DNA of 64,000 nucleotides from Hyphomicrobiales bacterium (GTDB lineage Bacteria > Pseudomonadota > Alphaproteobacteria > Rhizobiales > Beijerinckiaceae), in assembly GCA_004144595.1 (NCBI GenBank), contig SEEM01000012.1, forward strand, positions 14,680-78,679, given 5' to 3'. Positions 10,370 through 20,126 of this stretch are shown one piece after another (within the stretch, counting starts at the first letter, position 1; every line of letters starts with the position of its first letter). A model generated the notes under the pieces. The model did not search any database and was not told the DNA's origin. It saw nothing but the letters and a program-made list of their open reading frames with translations. The position numbers were made by a program, and so were the translations under genes.

Positions 10370-11170
10370 TCAGCCCGCCTCGTATAGCGCGCCGAGCGGC
10401 ATCCGCGCGACATCGGCCATCAGTTGGACGAAGCCCTTCGCCTGCAGCGCGGCCGTCGCCTTGCCCTTCTCGGCCGTAGCGAGGCTGGCATCGCCGGCCG
10501 CGCCCGCGCGGTTCACGTCCTGCGCCATCCAGGCGAAGGCGTGCGGGCCGGTCGGGCGCAGATGCGCGTAGCCTTCCTCGGCCATGGTGACTGTGAGCGG
10601 CTTGAACAGCGCTGCCTTGCCCATGTCGACGAGATCGGGCCGGAAGTGCAGCATCAGCGAGGTCTCGGCATCGCCGGCATGGATTCCATGCCTGACGTCG
10701 AGCTCGCCATACAGCCCCTCGGGCAGGCCGAAGGCCGACCAAGCCGTGCAGACCGCAAGCATGCCATGGCCAACGCGCAGTTCCCGCGCCACGATCTTCA
10801 TCGGGTCGACATTGCCGCCATGCGAGGTGACCAGCACGAGCTTGCGCAGGCCGGCGCGTTTAACGCTCTCGCCGATCTCCAGCCAGGAGCGGATCGCGCT
10901 TTCCCAGCCGATCGTGACCGTGCCCGGGGAATGCAAGTGCTCGTTCGACTTGCAGATGGCCTGCGTCGGCAGGACGAGCACGTCGAGATCGTCAGGGACC
11001 AGCGGCATCGCTTCCGAGAGCATCCCGTTCATGATGGTGGTATCGACCGAGACGGGAAGATGCGGGCCGTGCTGCTCCATCGCCGCCAGCGGCAGGACCG
11101 CGACGGTGCGCTCAGGCGAAAGCGCGGCGAAATCGGAGCTCTTCAGGTCGCCCCAGAAACGTGCGGTCAT
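10370..11170 (-). CDS. Creatininase family amidohydrolase
   Basis: EQHGPHLPVSVD, SNEH, SHGGN and HAGDAETS motifs. Confidence 0.92.
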   Translation of the reverse strand: MTARFWGDLKSSDFAALSPERTVAVLPLAAMEQHGPHLPVSVDTTIMNGMLSEAMPLVPDDLDVLVLPTQAICKSNEHLHSPGTVTIGWESAIRSWLEIGESVKRAGLRKLVLVTSHGGNVDPMKIVARELRVGHGMLAVCTAWSAFGLPEGLYGELDVRHGIHAGDAETSLMLHFRPDLVDMGKAALFKPLTVTMAEEGYAHLRPTGPHAFAWMAQDVNRAGAAGDASLATAEKGKATAALQAKGFVQLMADVARMPLGALYEAG

Positions 11171-11316
11171 GATCAGGCCTGTCAGGAGCCGGTGCGAGCC
11201 TCCCGTTTCTGTGCAGAAACCGGGCGGCACGGCGTTGCATTGTCCCGCCGTCCTATCGCATGGGATAAGGAGGCGGGCCAGTGGCCGGCTCGGCCGCAGC
11301 GAGGGGAGAGAGCGAG

Positions 11317-12348
11317 ATGACGACGATGAAATATCGCGTGAACCGGCGCGCCGCGCTCGGGCTGATCGGCGGCTCCACCGCCTCCTTGCTGATCCCGGTG
11401 CCGGGCGCGCGCGTCAATGCGCAGACACTCGACAAGGTCAGCTACCAGACCAATTGGCGCGCGCAGACCGAGCATGGCGGCTTCTATCTGGCCGCCGCCA
11501 ACGGCATCTACAAGAAATACGGGCTCGACGTGGAGATCCGTCCCGGCGGCCCGCAGCAGAACCCGACCCAGCTCCTCCTCGGCGGCCGCGTCGACATGAT
11601 CATGGGCAACTCGCTGGAGGCGCTCAGCTTCGCCCATGAGAACCTGCCCTTCCTCTGCATCGCCTCGATCTTCCAGAAGGACCCGCAGGTCCTGATCTCG
11701 CACCCTGGCCAGGGCAACGACACGCTGGCCGATCTCAAGGGCAAGCCGATCCTGATCGCCGCGCAGGCCCGCGTCGGCTTCTGGCCCTTCCTGAAGCTGA
11801 AGTTCGGCTACCAGGACGAGCAGATCCGGCCCTACACCTTCAACATGGCGCCGTTCCTGGCCGACAAGAAGCTGACGCAGCAGGGCTTCCTCTCCTCCGA
11901 GCCCTTCGTCATCCGCAAGGCCGGCGTCGACCCGGTCGTGCATCTCCTCGCCGATGCCGGCTTCGAGAACTACAACACCACGATCACGCTCTCGCGAAAG
12001 ATGGCGCAGGAGAAGAAGGACGTCGTTCAGCGCTTCACCGACGCAACGCTTGAGGGCTGGGCCGAATACATGAAGGGCGGCGCCGGCAACGAGGCCGCCA
12101 ATGCCCGGATCCTGAAGGACAATCCCGACATGGATCAGGAGAAGATCGACTACGCGCTCAAGGTGATGAACGAGCGCGGCATCGTCGTATCCGGCGACGC
12201 GAAGACGCTCGGCATCGGCGCGATGACCGACGCACGCTGGGCAAGCTTCTACAAGACGATGAGCGAGGCCGGCGTGGTTCCGGCCGGCGTCGACGTGAAG
12301 AAGGCCTATAGCCTCGACTTCGTCAACAAGGGCATCGGCAAGGGCTGA
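11317..12348 (+). CDS. NMT1/THI5-like ABC substrate-binding protein with Tat signal
   Basis: NRRAALGL Tat motif; [12 protein letters not shown] and FQKDPQ motifs. Confidence 0.88.
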   Translation: MTTMKYRVNRRAALGLIGGSTASLLIPVPGARVNAQTLDKVSYQTNWRAQTEHGGFYLAAANGIYKKYGLDVEIRPGGPQQNPTQLLLGGRVDMIMGNSLEALSFAHENLPFLCIASIFQKDPQVLISHPGQGNDTLADLKGKPILIAAQARVGFWPFLKLKFGYQDEQIRPYTFNMAPFLADKKLTQQGFLSSEPFVIRKAGVDPVVHLLADAGFENYNTTITLSRKMAQEKKDVVQRFTDATLEGWAEYMKGGAGNEAANARILKDNPDMDQEKIDYALKVMNERGIVVSGDAKTLGIGAMTDARWASFYKTMSEAGVVPAGVDVKKAYSLDFVNKGIGKG

Positions 12349-12371
12349 GCCGGACGAGCGCTGACGACACG

Positions 12372-13190
12372 ATGGCTGCGACCATGGATGAGACGAAGCC
12401 GCACTCCGCCGCGAGCACCCCGCTGGTGGCGATCCGGCACGTCTCCAAGCAATTCGCCAACGGTACGCTCGCCGTTCGCGATGTCGATCTGGAATTGGGG
12501 GCAGGGCAGTTCATCAGCCTGCTCGGCCCGTCTGGCTGCGGGAAGTCGACCCTGCTGCGCATGATCGCCGGCCTTGGCGCACCCACGACCGGCTCGATCA
12601 CCTGGCCGGGCGTGGCCGGGGAGGCGCAGGGCAGCGCAAGTCATGGCGGGCGCGATCTCGGATTCGTCTTCCAGGACCCGACGCTGATGCCCTGGGCCAA
12701 TGCGCTGGCCAACGTCGTGCTGCCGTTGAAGCTGAAGGCCGTGCCGCGGGCCGAGGCCGAAGCGCGCGCCGCCGAGATGCTGGCGCTGGTCGGCCTCAAG
12801 GGCTTCGAGAAGTCATACCCGCGCGAATTGTCCGGCGGCATGAAGATGCGCGTCTCGATTGCCCGCGCACTGGTGATGCGGCCCAAGATCCTGCTGATGG
12901 ACGAGCCCTTCGCGGCGCTCGACGAGATCACCCGTCACCGCCTCAACGACGACCTGTTGGCGCTCTGGGAGCGCGAGCGCTTCACTGCGGTCTTCGTCAC
13001 GCATTCGGTCTTCGAGTCGGTCTATCTCTCGCAGCGCATCGTGGTGATGGCGGCCAGGCCCGGCCGGGTCATGGCCGATCTCTCCGTCGATGCCGCCTAT
13101 CCCCGCGACGACCTGTTCCGCACCTCCGGCGAATACGCCCATCTCTGCCGCGTCGCCTCAATCAAGCTGAAGGAGGCGATCGGCCAATGA
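12372..13190 (+). CDS. NitT/TauT-family ABC ATP-binding protein
   Basis: [17 protein letters not shown] and LLMDEPF motifs. Confidence 0.92.
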   Translation: MAATMDETKPHSAASTPLVAIRHVSKQFANGTLAVRDVDLELGAGQFISLLGPSGCGKSTLLRMIAGLGAPTTGSITWPGVAGEAQGSASHGGRDLGFVFQDPTLMPWANALANVVLPLKLKAVPRAEAEARAAEMLALVGLKGFEKSYPRELSGGMKMRVSIARALVMRPKILLMDEPFAALDEITRHRLNDDLLALWERERFTAVFVTHSVFESVYLSQRIVVMAARPGRVMADLSVDAAYPRDDLFRTSGEYAHLCRVASIKLKEAIGQ

Positions 13191-14062
13191 GTGCGCCCGT
13201 CGAAACGCTGAACTCCGGCGGTACGGATGCGCAGGCGCTGCCCGTCGCGATGACAGAGGTTCGCATCCTCGGCCTGCCGGTCAGCATCTGGCCGCGCATC
13301 CTCGCGCCGCTGGTCATCGGCGTGATCGTGCTGGCGCTCTGGGAATTCGCGGTCCGCTGGAACGATATCCCGCATTATGTCCTGCCGGGGCCGATCCTGG
13401 TCGGGCAGACGCTGGTTGCCGACTGGGGCACGCTCTCGGGCTCGCTCTGGGTCACGCTAAAGATCACCTTCATGGCGCTTGCCGCGGCGATCGTCGTCGG
13501 CGTCACGCTCGCCGTGCTGTTCAGCCAGTCGAAATGGCTCGAGATGGCGCTGTTGCCTTACGCGGTGATCCTGCAGGTCACGCCGATCGTCGCGATCGCC
13601 CCACTGATCATCATCTGGGCCAACGATATCGACCTGTCGCTGTTGATCTGCGCCTGGATCGTCGCTTTCTTCCCGATCCTGTCAAACACCATTCTCGGCC
13701 TGAACTCGGCCGACCACAACCTCGTCAACCTGTTCGAGCTCTACGGCGCCTCACGCTGGCAGACGATGCGCTATCTCAAGCTGCCGGCAGCCTTGCCCTA
13801 TTTCCTGGCGGGGCTGAAGATTTCCGGCGGTCTGGCGCTGATCGGCGCGGTCGTGGCCGAGTTCGTCGCCGGCACCGGCGGCAGCGCCTCGGGATTGGCC
13901 TATCGCATCCTGGAAGCGGGCTACCAGCTCAAGATTCCGCGCGTCTTCGCGGCGCTGGTGATGATCTCGCTCTCAGGGATCGCGATTTTCCTGGCGACCA
14001 GCCTGCTCTCGTACCTGCTGCTGCATCGCTGGCACGAAAGCGCGATCCGGCGCGAGAACTGA
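13187..14062 (+). CDS. NitT/TauT-family ABC permease
   Basis: Six hydrophobic segments, LIGAVVAEF motif, ATGA overlap with the ATPase gene. Confidence 0.9.
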   Translation: MSAPVETLNSGGTDAQALPVAMTEVRILGLPVSIWPRILAPLVIGVIVLALWEFAVRWNDIPHYVLPGPILVGQTLVADWGTLSGSLWVTLKITFMALAAAIVVGVTLAVLFSQSKWLEMALLPYAVILQVTPIVAIAPLIIIWANDIDLSLLICAWIVAFFPILSNTILGLNSADHNLVNLFELYGASRWQTMRYLKLPAALPYFLAGLKISGGLALIGAVVAEFVAGTGGSASGLAYRILEAGYQLKIPRVFAALVMISLSGIAIFLATSLLSYLLLHRWHESAIRREN

Positions 14063-14078
14063 GCCATTACCGGGAAGT

Positions 14079-14936
14079 CTAGACGAAATAGGCGAGCTTG
14101 CGTTCGGCCGGCAGCGCGTCGAGCTCTCGGAGCGCGGTTTCCGAGGGGCTCGCTGCAAGGCGCGCCGGCTCCGGCCGGGCGCCGCTGGAATCGCTGAAGA
14201 CGATATCGTCGTCAAGCAACTGGGCCGCGGCGAAGCGCGCCTCCGACGCCGCCCGTACCTGAAGCTCCAGCGGGACCGCCTGGTGGCCGTCGGTGGCGAC
14301 GGCGAGGTCGTCGTAGTGGCTTGGCGCGGCGGAAGCGGGCGGCACTGTCATTGCGTCGACGCTCGCAGCCATGGCTTCGAAGCTCACGCTGCTCTCGCGC
14401 GAAACTTCGCCGAAGGCCCGCAGGCTCGAATCCAGCATGGCGATCGTGTCGGCGATCTTGTCGATGCGCTGGACCACGCTGTCGACGATGCCGATCGCCG
14501 TCGATATCTCGGCCGCGCGACGGTCGAGCGTGTCGCAGGCTTCCTGGTCCGCCCCGGTCTCGCGCAGGCTCCAGGCAGCCTCCTGGATGCTCTCGGTCGC
14601 GCCGAGCACGGAGCCGGCGGCCTTCTCGATCTGGGCGGCGAGCCCGGACGAGCGCGCCTCGGCCCTGCCGCTGATGCGTTCGAGATCGGTGCGCAGGTCG
14701 CTGATCAGCGCGGCCGCCTCGATCAGATTGGTTTCCCGGCTGGTCTCCTGCACGCCGAGCCCGACGACCCGCTCGATCCGCTGGATCGCGCCGAGCAGTT
14801 GCAGCGTATCCGCCTGCCGGTTGCGCTTGGCGTATTCGACCATGAACCAGCGGCCGCGCGCCGTCTCCATCACCGCGGCTTCGATCGCCTCGTAATCGGC
14901 CTGGCTCAGTGGTGTCAGCGAGCGCGCATCGCCCAT
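14079..14936 (-). CDS. CheZ-like protein (alphaproteobacterial type)
   Basis: N-terminal DYEAIEAAVMETARGRWF..YAKRNR motif; helical region ATESIQEAAW...DSVVQRIDK containing DxxxQ. Confidence 0.6.
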   Translation of the reverse strand: MGDARSLTPLSQADYEAIEAAVMETARGRWFMVEYAKRNRQADTLQLLGAIQRIERVVGLGVQETSRETNLIEAAALISDLRTDLERISGRAEARSSGLAAQIEKAAGSVLGATESIQEAAWSLRETGADQEACDTLDRRAAEISTAIGIVDSVVQRIDKIADTIAMLDSSLRAFGEVSRESSVSFEAMAASVDAMTVPPASAAPSHYDDLAVATDGHQAVPLELQVRAASEARFAAAQLLDDDIVFSDSSGARPEPARLAASPSETALRELDALPAERKLAYFV

Positions 14937-15247
14937 GCCGAATCTGCCTTCGAAGGACCAGCCGAATCAGGGAGCCGGTCGTTACGTTGTGATCCGAGCC
15001 TGCCTTGCGATTTCTTAAGGAATTGCTTTGGTCGCCCCGAATTGGAACAGATCGCCCGGGAAGACGTAGTTCTCACGCTTTTCAGCCCTGCGGTGGCGCC
15101 GCTGAGGTCGCCGCAGGGCCCCCTGCTTGCCAAGCAGGCGCCGCACGGCAATACAGGGCGGGGGGTTAGGCTGGTATGGTCGCAAAGCGCGCTCGCGCGC
15201 AGGGCGATAGGGCCGTTCCGGCCAAGGGATGAGGACCTCACGGCGAC

Positions 15248-16393
15248 ATGGCGAGTCTCGATACCGCCGAACCGCAGGCGACTTTCCGCGATGACGCGGG
15301 CACGCTTGCGGTGGCGCTGGCGGGCTCCTGGAGCGCCGACCGCGCCCCGCGCGTCGAAGAACTGATCGGCGAGATCGCCGAGCGCCTGCCGGAGGCTTCC
15401 GGAGCGCGAATCGATCTGTCCGACGTGACGCGGCTCGATACGCTCGGCGCCTATGTGCTCAACCGTCTCAAGGCCCGGCAGGAGAAGGACGGTGCCACGG
15501 TCGAACTCGTCAGCGGCCGGCCTGAGCACGACATCCTCCTGGCCGAGGTCCAGTTCCATGACGCTGATGCGCCAAAGCCTCATCGGAATTTCAGGATCAT
15601 CGACGTCCTCGTCGATATCGGCGAGAGCGTTGTGCGCTTTGGCCGCGACATGGTCGGCGGCGCCATGTTCCTCGGCGAGGTCGTGGTCGGCTCGGCCAGC
15701 GTCGTTTTGGGCCCGCGTAAGTTCCGGGGGCCTTCGCTGGTCAACCAGATCGAGCTGATCGCCTTCAATGGCGCGCCGATCATCATGCTGATTTCGTTCC
15801 TCGTCGGCTGCATCGTCGCGCAGCAGGGCATCTTTCAGCTTCAGCAGTTCGGCGCCTCCGCCTTCGTCGTGAACCTGACCGGCATCCTGATCCTGCGCGA
15901 GCTCGCGGTGCTCTTGACCTCGATCATGATCGCCGGCCGCTCGGGCTCCGCCTTCACCGCCGAGATCGGCTCGATGAAGATGCGCGAGGAGATCGATGCG
16001 CTGCGAGTGATGGGGCTCGACCCGATCGAGGTTCTGATCGTGCCGCGCATCCTCGCGCTGATCATCTCGCTGCCGATCCTGACCTTCATCTCGGCGATGG
16101 CGGGGCTGGTCGGCGCCGGGCTCGTCGCCTGGCTCTATGGCGGCATCGGCGTCGACACCTTCCTCGCCCGGCTGCAATCGGTCATCACCTGGAAGCATTT
16201 CGCCGTCGGCCTGATCAAGGCGCCTTTCATGGCTTTCGTGATCGGGCTGATCGCCTCGATCGAGGGCCTCGCGGTCAAGGGTTCGGCGGAATCGCTCGGC
16301 CGCCAGGTCACGGCCTCGGTGGTGAAGGCGATCTTCATGGTCATCGTCGTCGACGGACTCTTCGCCATGTTCTTCGCCTCGATCGAGTTCTGA
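15248..16393 (+). CDS. mlaE: MlaE-family lipid ABC permease with N-terminal STAS-like domain
   Basis: LDTLGA (STAS), AGRSGSAFTAEIGSM and EEIDALRVMG motifs. Confidence 0.88.
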   Translation: MASLDTAEPQATFRDDAGTLAVALAGSWSADRAPRVEELIGEIAERLPEASGARIDLSDVTRLDTLGAYVLNRLKARQEKDGATVELVSGRPEHDILLAEVQFHDADAPKPHRNFRIIDVLVDIGESVVRFGRDMVGGAMFLGEVVVGSASVVLGPRKFRGPSLVNQIELIAFNGAPIIMLISFLVGCIVAQQGIFQLQQFGASAFVVNLTGILILRELAVLLTSIMIAGRSGSAFTAEIGSMKMREEIDALRVMGLDPIEVLIVPRILALIISLPILTFISAMAGLVGAGLVAWLYGGIGVDTFLARLQSVITWKHFAVGLIKAPFMAFVIGLIASIEGLAVKGSAESLGRQVTASVVKAIFMVIVVDGLFAMFFASIEF

Positions 16394-16395
16394 CG

Positions 16396-17229
16396 ATGGT
16401 GCAGCAGAACGTCTCCCACTCGTCTGATCCAAACCCGGCGCCCGCAGAGCCGGAGGCCGTCATCCGCGTCCGCGACCTCAAGGTCGCCTTCGGCGAGAAG
16501 GTGATCATGGACGGGCTCGATCTCGACGTTCTGCGCGGTGAGATCCTCGGTTTCGTCGGCGGCTCCGGCCAGGGCAAGTCGGTGCTGACGCGCACGATCC
16601 TCGGCCTCGTGCGCAAGGCGCGCGGGACGATCGAGGTCCTCGGAGAGGATGTCGACGACCTCAACCTGCAGCAACGGCGCGTCCTCGAGCGCCGTTTCGG
16701 CGTGATGTTCCAGCAGGGCGCGCTGTTCTCGGCCCTGTCGGTCAAGCAGAATATTCAGGTGCCGATGCGCGAATACCTCCACCTCTCGCCCGATCTGCTG
16801 GACGAACTCGCGATGGTGAAGCTCGATCTCGTCGGCCTGCCGCGCGATGCCGCCGACAAGGCGCCGTCCGAGCTCTCGGGCGGCATGATCAAGCGGGCGG
16901 CGCTGGCGCGCGCGCTCGCGCTCGATCCTGAGATCGTCTTTCTGGACGAGCCGACCTCGGGTTTGGACCCGATCGGCGCCGCCGAATTCGACGACCTCAT
17001 CATGACCCTGAAGCAGACTCTGGGTCTGACGGTCTTCATGGTAACCCACGACCTCGACAGCCTGTATCATGCCTGCGACCGAATCGCCGCTCTGGCGGAC
17101 AAGAAGGTGATCGCGGTCGGGCCGCTGGCGACGATGCTGGCGTCCGACCATCCATGGTTGAAGGCCTATTTCGGCGGGGAGCGCGCCAAGGCCAGGCTGC
17201 CGGCGGGAGAGCAGGGACAGAGCCTTTAA
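16396..17229 (+). CDS. mlaF: MlaF-like ABC ATP-binding protein
   Basis: GGSGQGKS, LSGGMIKR and FLDEPTSGLDP motifs. Confidence 0.88.
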   Translation: MVQQNVSHSSDPNPAPAEPEAVIRVRDLKVAFGEKVIMDGLDLDVLRGEILGFVGGSGQGKSVLTRTILGLVRKARGTIEVLGEDVDDLNLQQRRVLERRFGVMFQQGALFSALSVKQNIQVPMREYLHLSPDLLDELAMVKLDLVGLPRDAADKAPSELSGGMIKRAALARALALDPEIVFLDEPTSGLDPIGAAEFDDLIMTLKQTLGLTVFMVTHDLDSLYHACDRIAALADKKVIAVGPLATMLASDHPWLKAYFGGERAKARLPAGEQGQSL

Positions 17230-17231
17230 CG

Positions 17232-18374
17232 ATGGAATCGCGCGCCAACTACGCCCTCGTCGGCCTCTTCACGCTCGCGGTCCTCGCGGCGGCTTTCGGC
17301 TTTGTCTACTGGTTCAATAGCGGTGGAACCGGCACCAAGCAAAGCGTCCGCGTCATCTTCACCGGCACGGTGACGGGACTCGGCCGCGGATCGAGCGTGC
17401 TGTTCAACGGCCTGCGTGTCGGCGAGGTCACCACTATCGAACTGCAGCCGGACGATCCGCGCCGCATCTATGCGGTGATCCAGGTCGCCAGCACGACGCC
17501 TCTGCGCGACGACACGCGCGCCCGCATCGAGGCGCAGGGTCTTGCGGGCGTGGTCGCCCTGCAGCTCATCGGCGGCGATCCGTCCGCACCGATTCTGGCC
17601 GCCAAGCCCGGCGAGCCGATGCCGACGATCATCGCCGAGCGCTCCGAATTGCAGGACATCATCGAGACCGTGCGCAATGTCGCGCAGAAGGCCGATGGCA
17701 TGCTCACCTCGCTCGACGGGCTGATCAAGCAGAACCGCGAGCCGATCAACAATACCGTCCGGAACGTCGAGAAATTCTCGCAGGCGCTCGGCAACAATGC
17801 GGACGGGCTCGACAAGTTGATGGCCGGCTTCGGCAACATCGCGGAGACGATCCAGCCGCTCTCGCAGAAGCTGCAATCGCTCAGTGAGGAGCTTACGGGG
17901 GTGGTGCGCTCGGTCGATCGCAACAGGATCACCAGTATCATCGAGAACGTCGACAAGTTCACCGGCGCGCTCGGCGGCTCGAGTGCCGATGTCGCCAAGG
18001 TCGTCAAGGACGCCGCTTCGATCTCGGCCAAGCTCGACAAGGCCGCCGACCAGGTCGAGGGCGTGCTGAAGGCCGCGAAGGGCTTCCTCGAGTCCGGGTC
18101 GGGTCCCGACGGGCGCAGCGCCTTCCAGGAAGTGGCGGACGCCGCCAAGTCGATCCGCACGCTCGCCGATAATCTCGACAAGCGCACGGCCGAGATCACA
18201 ACCGGCATCAGCCGCTTCACCGGCTCGGGGCTGCGGAACGTCGATTCGGTCGTGTCCGAGGCAAAGCGCACCCTGACGGAACTGAATCGCACGCTCAGGA
18301 ATTTCGAACGCAACCCGCAGCAGCTCATCTTCGGCGGCAAGCCTCCCCTCCCGCAATACAATGGATCGCGCTAA
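17232..18374 (+). CDS. MCE/MlaD family protein with long helical C-terminus
   Basis: N-terminal TM segment, VTGLGRGSSVLFNGLRVGEV MCE motif, C-terminal ERNPQQLIFG. Confidence 0.88.
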   Translation: MESRANYALVGLFTLAVLAAAFGFVYWFNSGGTGTKQSVRVIFTGTVTGLGRGSSVLFNGLRVGEVTTIELQPDDPRRIYAVIQVASTTPLRDDTRARIEAQGLAGVVALQLIGGDPSAPILAAKPGEPMPTIIAERSELQDIIETVRNVAQKADGMLTSLDGLIKQNREPINNTVRNVEKFSQALGNNADGLDKLMAGFGNIAETIQPLSQKLQSLSEELTGVVRSVDRNRITSIIENVDKFTGALGGSSADVAKVVKDAASISAKLDKAADQVEGVLKAAKGFLESGSGPDGRSAFQEVADAAKSIRTLADNLDKRTAEITTGISRFTGSGLRNVDSVVSEAKRTLTELNRTLRNFERNPQQLIFGGKPPLPQYNGSR

Positions 18375-18377
18375 CCG

Positions 18378-18974
18378 ATGACCATCGAGGCCCTTCAGAC
18401 TGCCCTTGGTCGTGGCAGCCTTCATGGATTGGCGCTGTCCGTCGCTCTGGTCCTCGCGGGTTGCAGCGGCTCGGCACCGACGACGTTCGACCTCTCGGCG
18501 CCCAGCGGATTCGGGCGGGTCGGCGGATCGGGCGCGACGATGGTCGTCGCAAGGCCGACCACGGTGCAAGCCCTGGATTCCGACCGCGTGATCGTGAAGG
18601 ATTCGAGCGGCGCGCTCTCCTTCCTTGGCGGCGCGCAATGGGCGGATCAGATTCCGGCGCTGATCCAGACCCGGTTGATCCAGACCTTCGAGAATGCGAG
18701 CCGCATCGGCTCGGTCTCGGCGCCAGGTCAAGGCATCACGCCGACCGTCCAGCTCGTCACCGACATCCGCAGCTTCAACATCGATGCCGCCTCCGGCAGC
18801 GCGGTGGTCGAGATCACCGCGAAGATCGTCGGCGACGCCAGCGGCAAGATCCAGCGGGCGCGCCTGTTCGCGGCCCGCGTGCCGGCTGTCGGTGTCGACG
18901 GCCCGGGCGCGACTCAGGCGCTCGACCGGGCGCTATCGCAGGTCCTGATCGAGATCGTGCGCTGGGCGCGCTGA
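18378..18974 (+). CDS. ABC-type transport auxiliary lipoprotein (PqiC-like)
   Basis: Lipobox LAGC, AQWAD motif, last gene of the MCE operon. Confidence 0.85.
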   Translation: MTIEALQTALGRGSLHGLALSVALVLAGCSGSAPTTFDLSAPSGFGRVGGSGATMVVARPTTVQALDSDRVIVKDSSGALSFLGGAQWADQIPALIQTRLIQTFENASRIGSVSAPGQGITPTVQLVTDIRSFNIDAASGSAVVEITAKIVGDASGKIQRARLFAARVPAVGVDGPGATQALDRALSQVLIEIVRWAR

Positions 18975-19035
18975 GAGCGCCCGACGACGGCCCTGCGATT
19001 TCCTTTAAGCGGCTGCTGAGCTAGGCTGTCACCCT

Positions 19036-19168
19036 GGCTCGGCCCGAGCCTCCCCCCTCCAGCCGGGGAAGCATCATCATGCAGGGCATTTCCCACGACC
19101 TGACCGACTGTCCGGGCATCACGCATGAGGAGGGATTGCGCCACTGCCCGCGATAGGAGGTTCACGCG
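19036..19168 (+). promoter_or_regulatory. Candidate structured 5' leader with anti-Shine-Dalgarno pairing
   Basis: Complementary segments: 19036-41/19045-50, 19047-53/19156-62 (the RBS), 19055-60/19129-34, 19066-70/19090-94, 19071-74/19079-82. Confidence 0.45.
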
Positions 19169-19882
19169 ATGACTTTGTCGGCCCCGATCCATCAGTTGAA
19201 ACGTAAAGCGCGGCTGCTGAGCCGGGCAGAGCGCATCCCGCTCCACGCCGCGCTCGATCGCATCGCCGCGCAGGAAGGCTATCGCAGCTGGAGCCTGCTC
19301 GCGGCACAGCATCCTGGAATGACATCTGTTCGTGCCTTGTGGCCCCTGCTGGAGCCGGGGGATCTCGTTCTGATCGCGGGGCGGCCAGGGCAGGGCAAGA
19401 CGCTGGCGAGCCTCGCCCTTCTGGCTGAAGCCATGCGGGCCGGACGCCAGGGCTCCTTCCTGACACTCGAATATACGCCGGCTGACGTGCTCTCCCGCTT
19501 GCGGGCGATCGATGTCGAGCCAGACGAGTTCGCCGGCCTGTTCGATTGCGATTGTTCCGATGCGATCAGCGCCGACTATATCGCCGCGAGGCTGGTTGAC
19601 GCGCCGCGCGGCAGCGTCGCCGTCATCGATTATCTGCAACTTCTCGACCAGCGGCGCGATACCCCGGCGCTGGCGCTCCAGGTGAGCGCGCTGAAGGTCT
19701 TCGCTCGGGAGAAGGGGCTGGTCCTGATCTTCATCTCGCAGATCGACCGCACCTATGAAGGCTCGGGCAAGCCGTTCCCCGAGATCGCGGATGTGCGCCT
19801 GCCCAACCCGCTCGACCTCGCCCTGTTCGACAAGACCTGCTTCGTGAACCGGGGCGAGGCACGCTTTCGGGCCGCGGCTTAG
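19169..19882 (+). CDS. Short DnaB-like/RecA-fold ATPase ('DNA helicase', PRK05973-like) with small N-terminal helical domain
   Basis: Walker A GRPGQGKT and DnaB-like motifs TLE, VIDYLQLL, ISQI, PEIADVR; N-terminus LKRKARLL...LHAALDRIA.QEGYRSWSLL. Confidence 0.8.
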   Translation: MTLSAPIHQLKRKARLLSRAERIPLHAALDRIAAQEGYRSWSLLAAQHPGMTSVRALWPLLEPGDLVLIAGRPGQGKTLASLALLAEAMRAGRQGSFLTLEYTPADVLSRLRAIDVEPDEFAGLFDCDCSDAISADYIAARLVDAPRGSVAVIDYLQLLDQRRDTPALALQVSALKVFAREKGLVLIFISQIDRTYEGSGKPFPEIADVRLPNPLDLALFDKTCFVNRGEARFRAAA

Positions 19883-19908
19883 GGCGCCGCGCTTCGAATC
19901 AAGCTCTA

Positions 19909-20005
19909 CGTCATCCCCGACAAACCGCGTAGCGGCGCCGATCCGGGATTCGATCATGGAGGTCGCGGAGGCCGCCGGTGGATCCGGCTCAAGCCGGGGA
20001 TAACG
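19909..20005. repeat. CGTC-type REP doublet
   Basis: CGTCATCCCCG...GATCC ... GGATCCGGCTCAAGCCGGGGATAACG with inverted termini, between convergent genes. Confidence 0.75.
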
Positions 20006-20067
20006 GCGTGGGTCCGAGGAGAATTGACGCGCTCCGGGGACCGTTGGGCGCCTCCGCAACGCTCTTC

Positions 20068-20106
20068 AAAGAAGAAAGGCCGCCTCATGGGCGGCCTTTC
20101 TCGTTT
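20068..20106 (-). terminator. Rho-independent terminator of the GPR gene (possibly bidirectional)
   Basis: Stem AGAAAGGCCGCC/GGCGGCCTTTCT with a 5-nt loop; U-rich tract on the minus strand. Confidence 0.85.
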
Positions 20107-20126
20107 CGATGGAGATCGCAGCGCGC

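Noticed and set aside
11225-11240. Sigma-54-like CGGCACGGCGTTGC upstream of the NMT1 operon
   Set aside because: GG-to-GC spacing is 9 nt, not the required 10
15005-15030. TTAA upstream of the CheZ-like gene as a CtrA box
   Set aside because: Only one good half-site, so it is too weak to call
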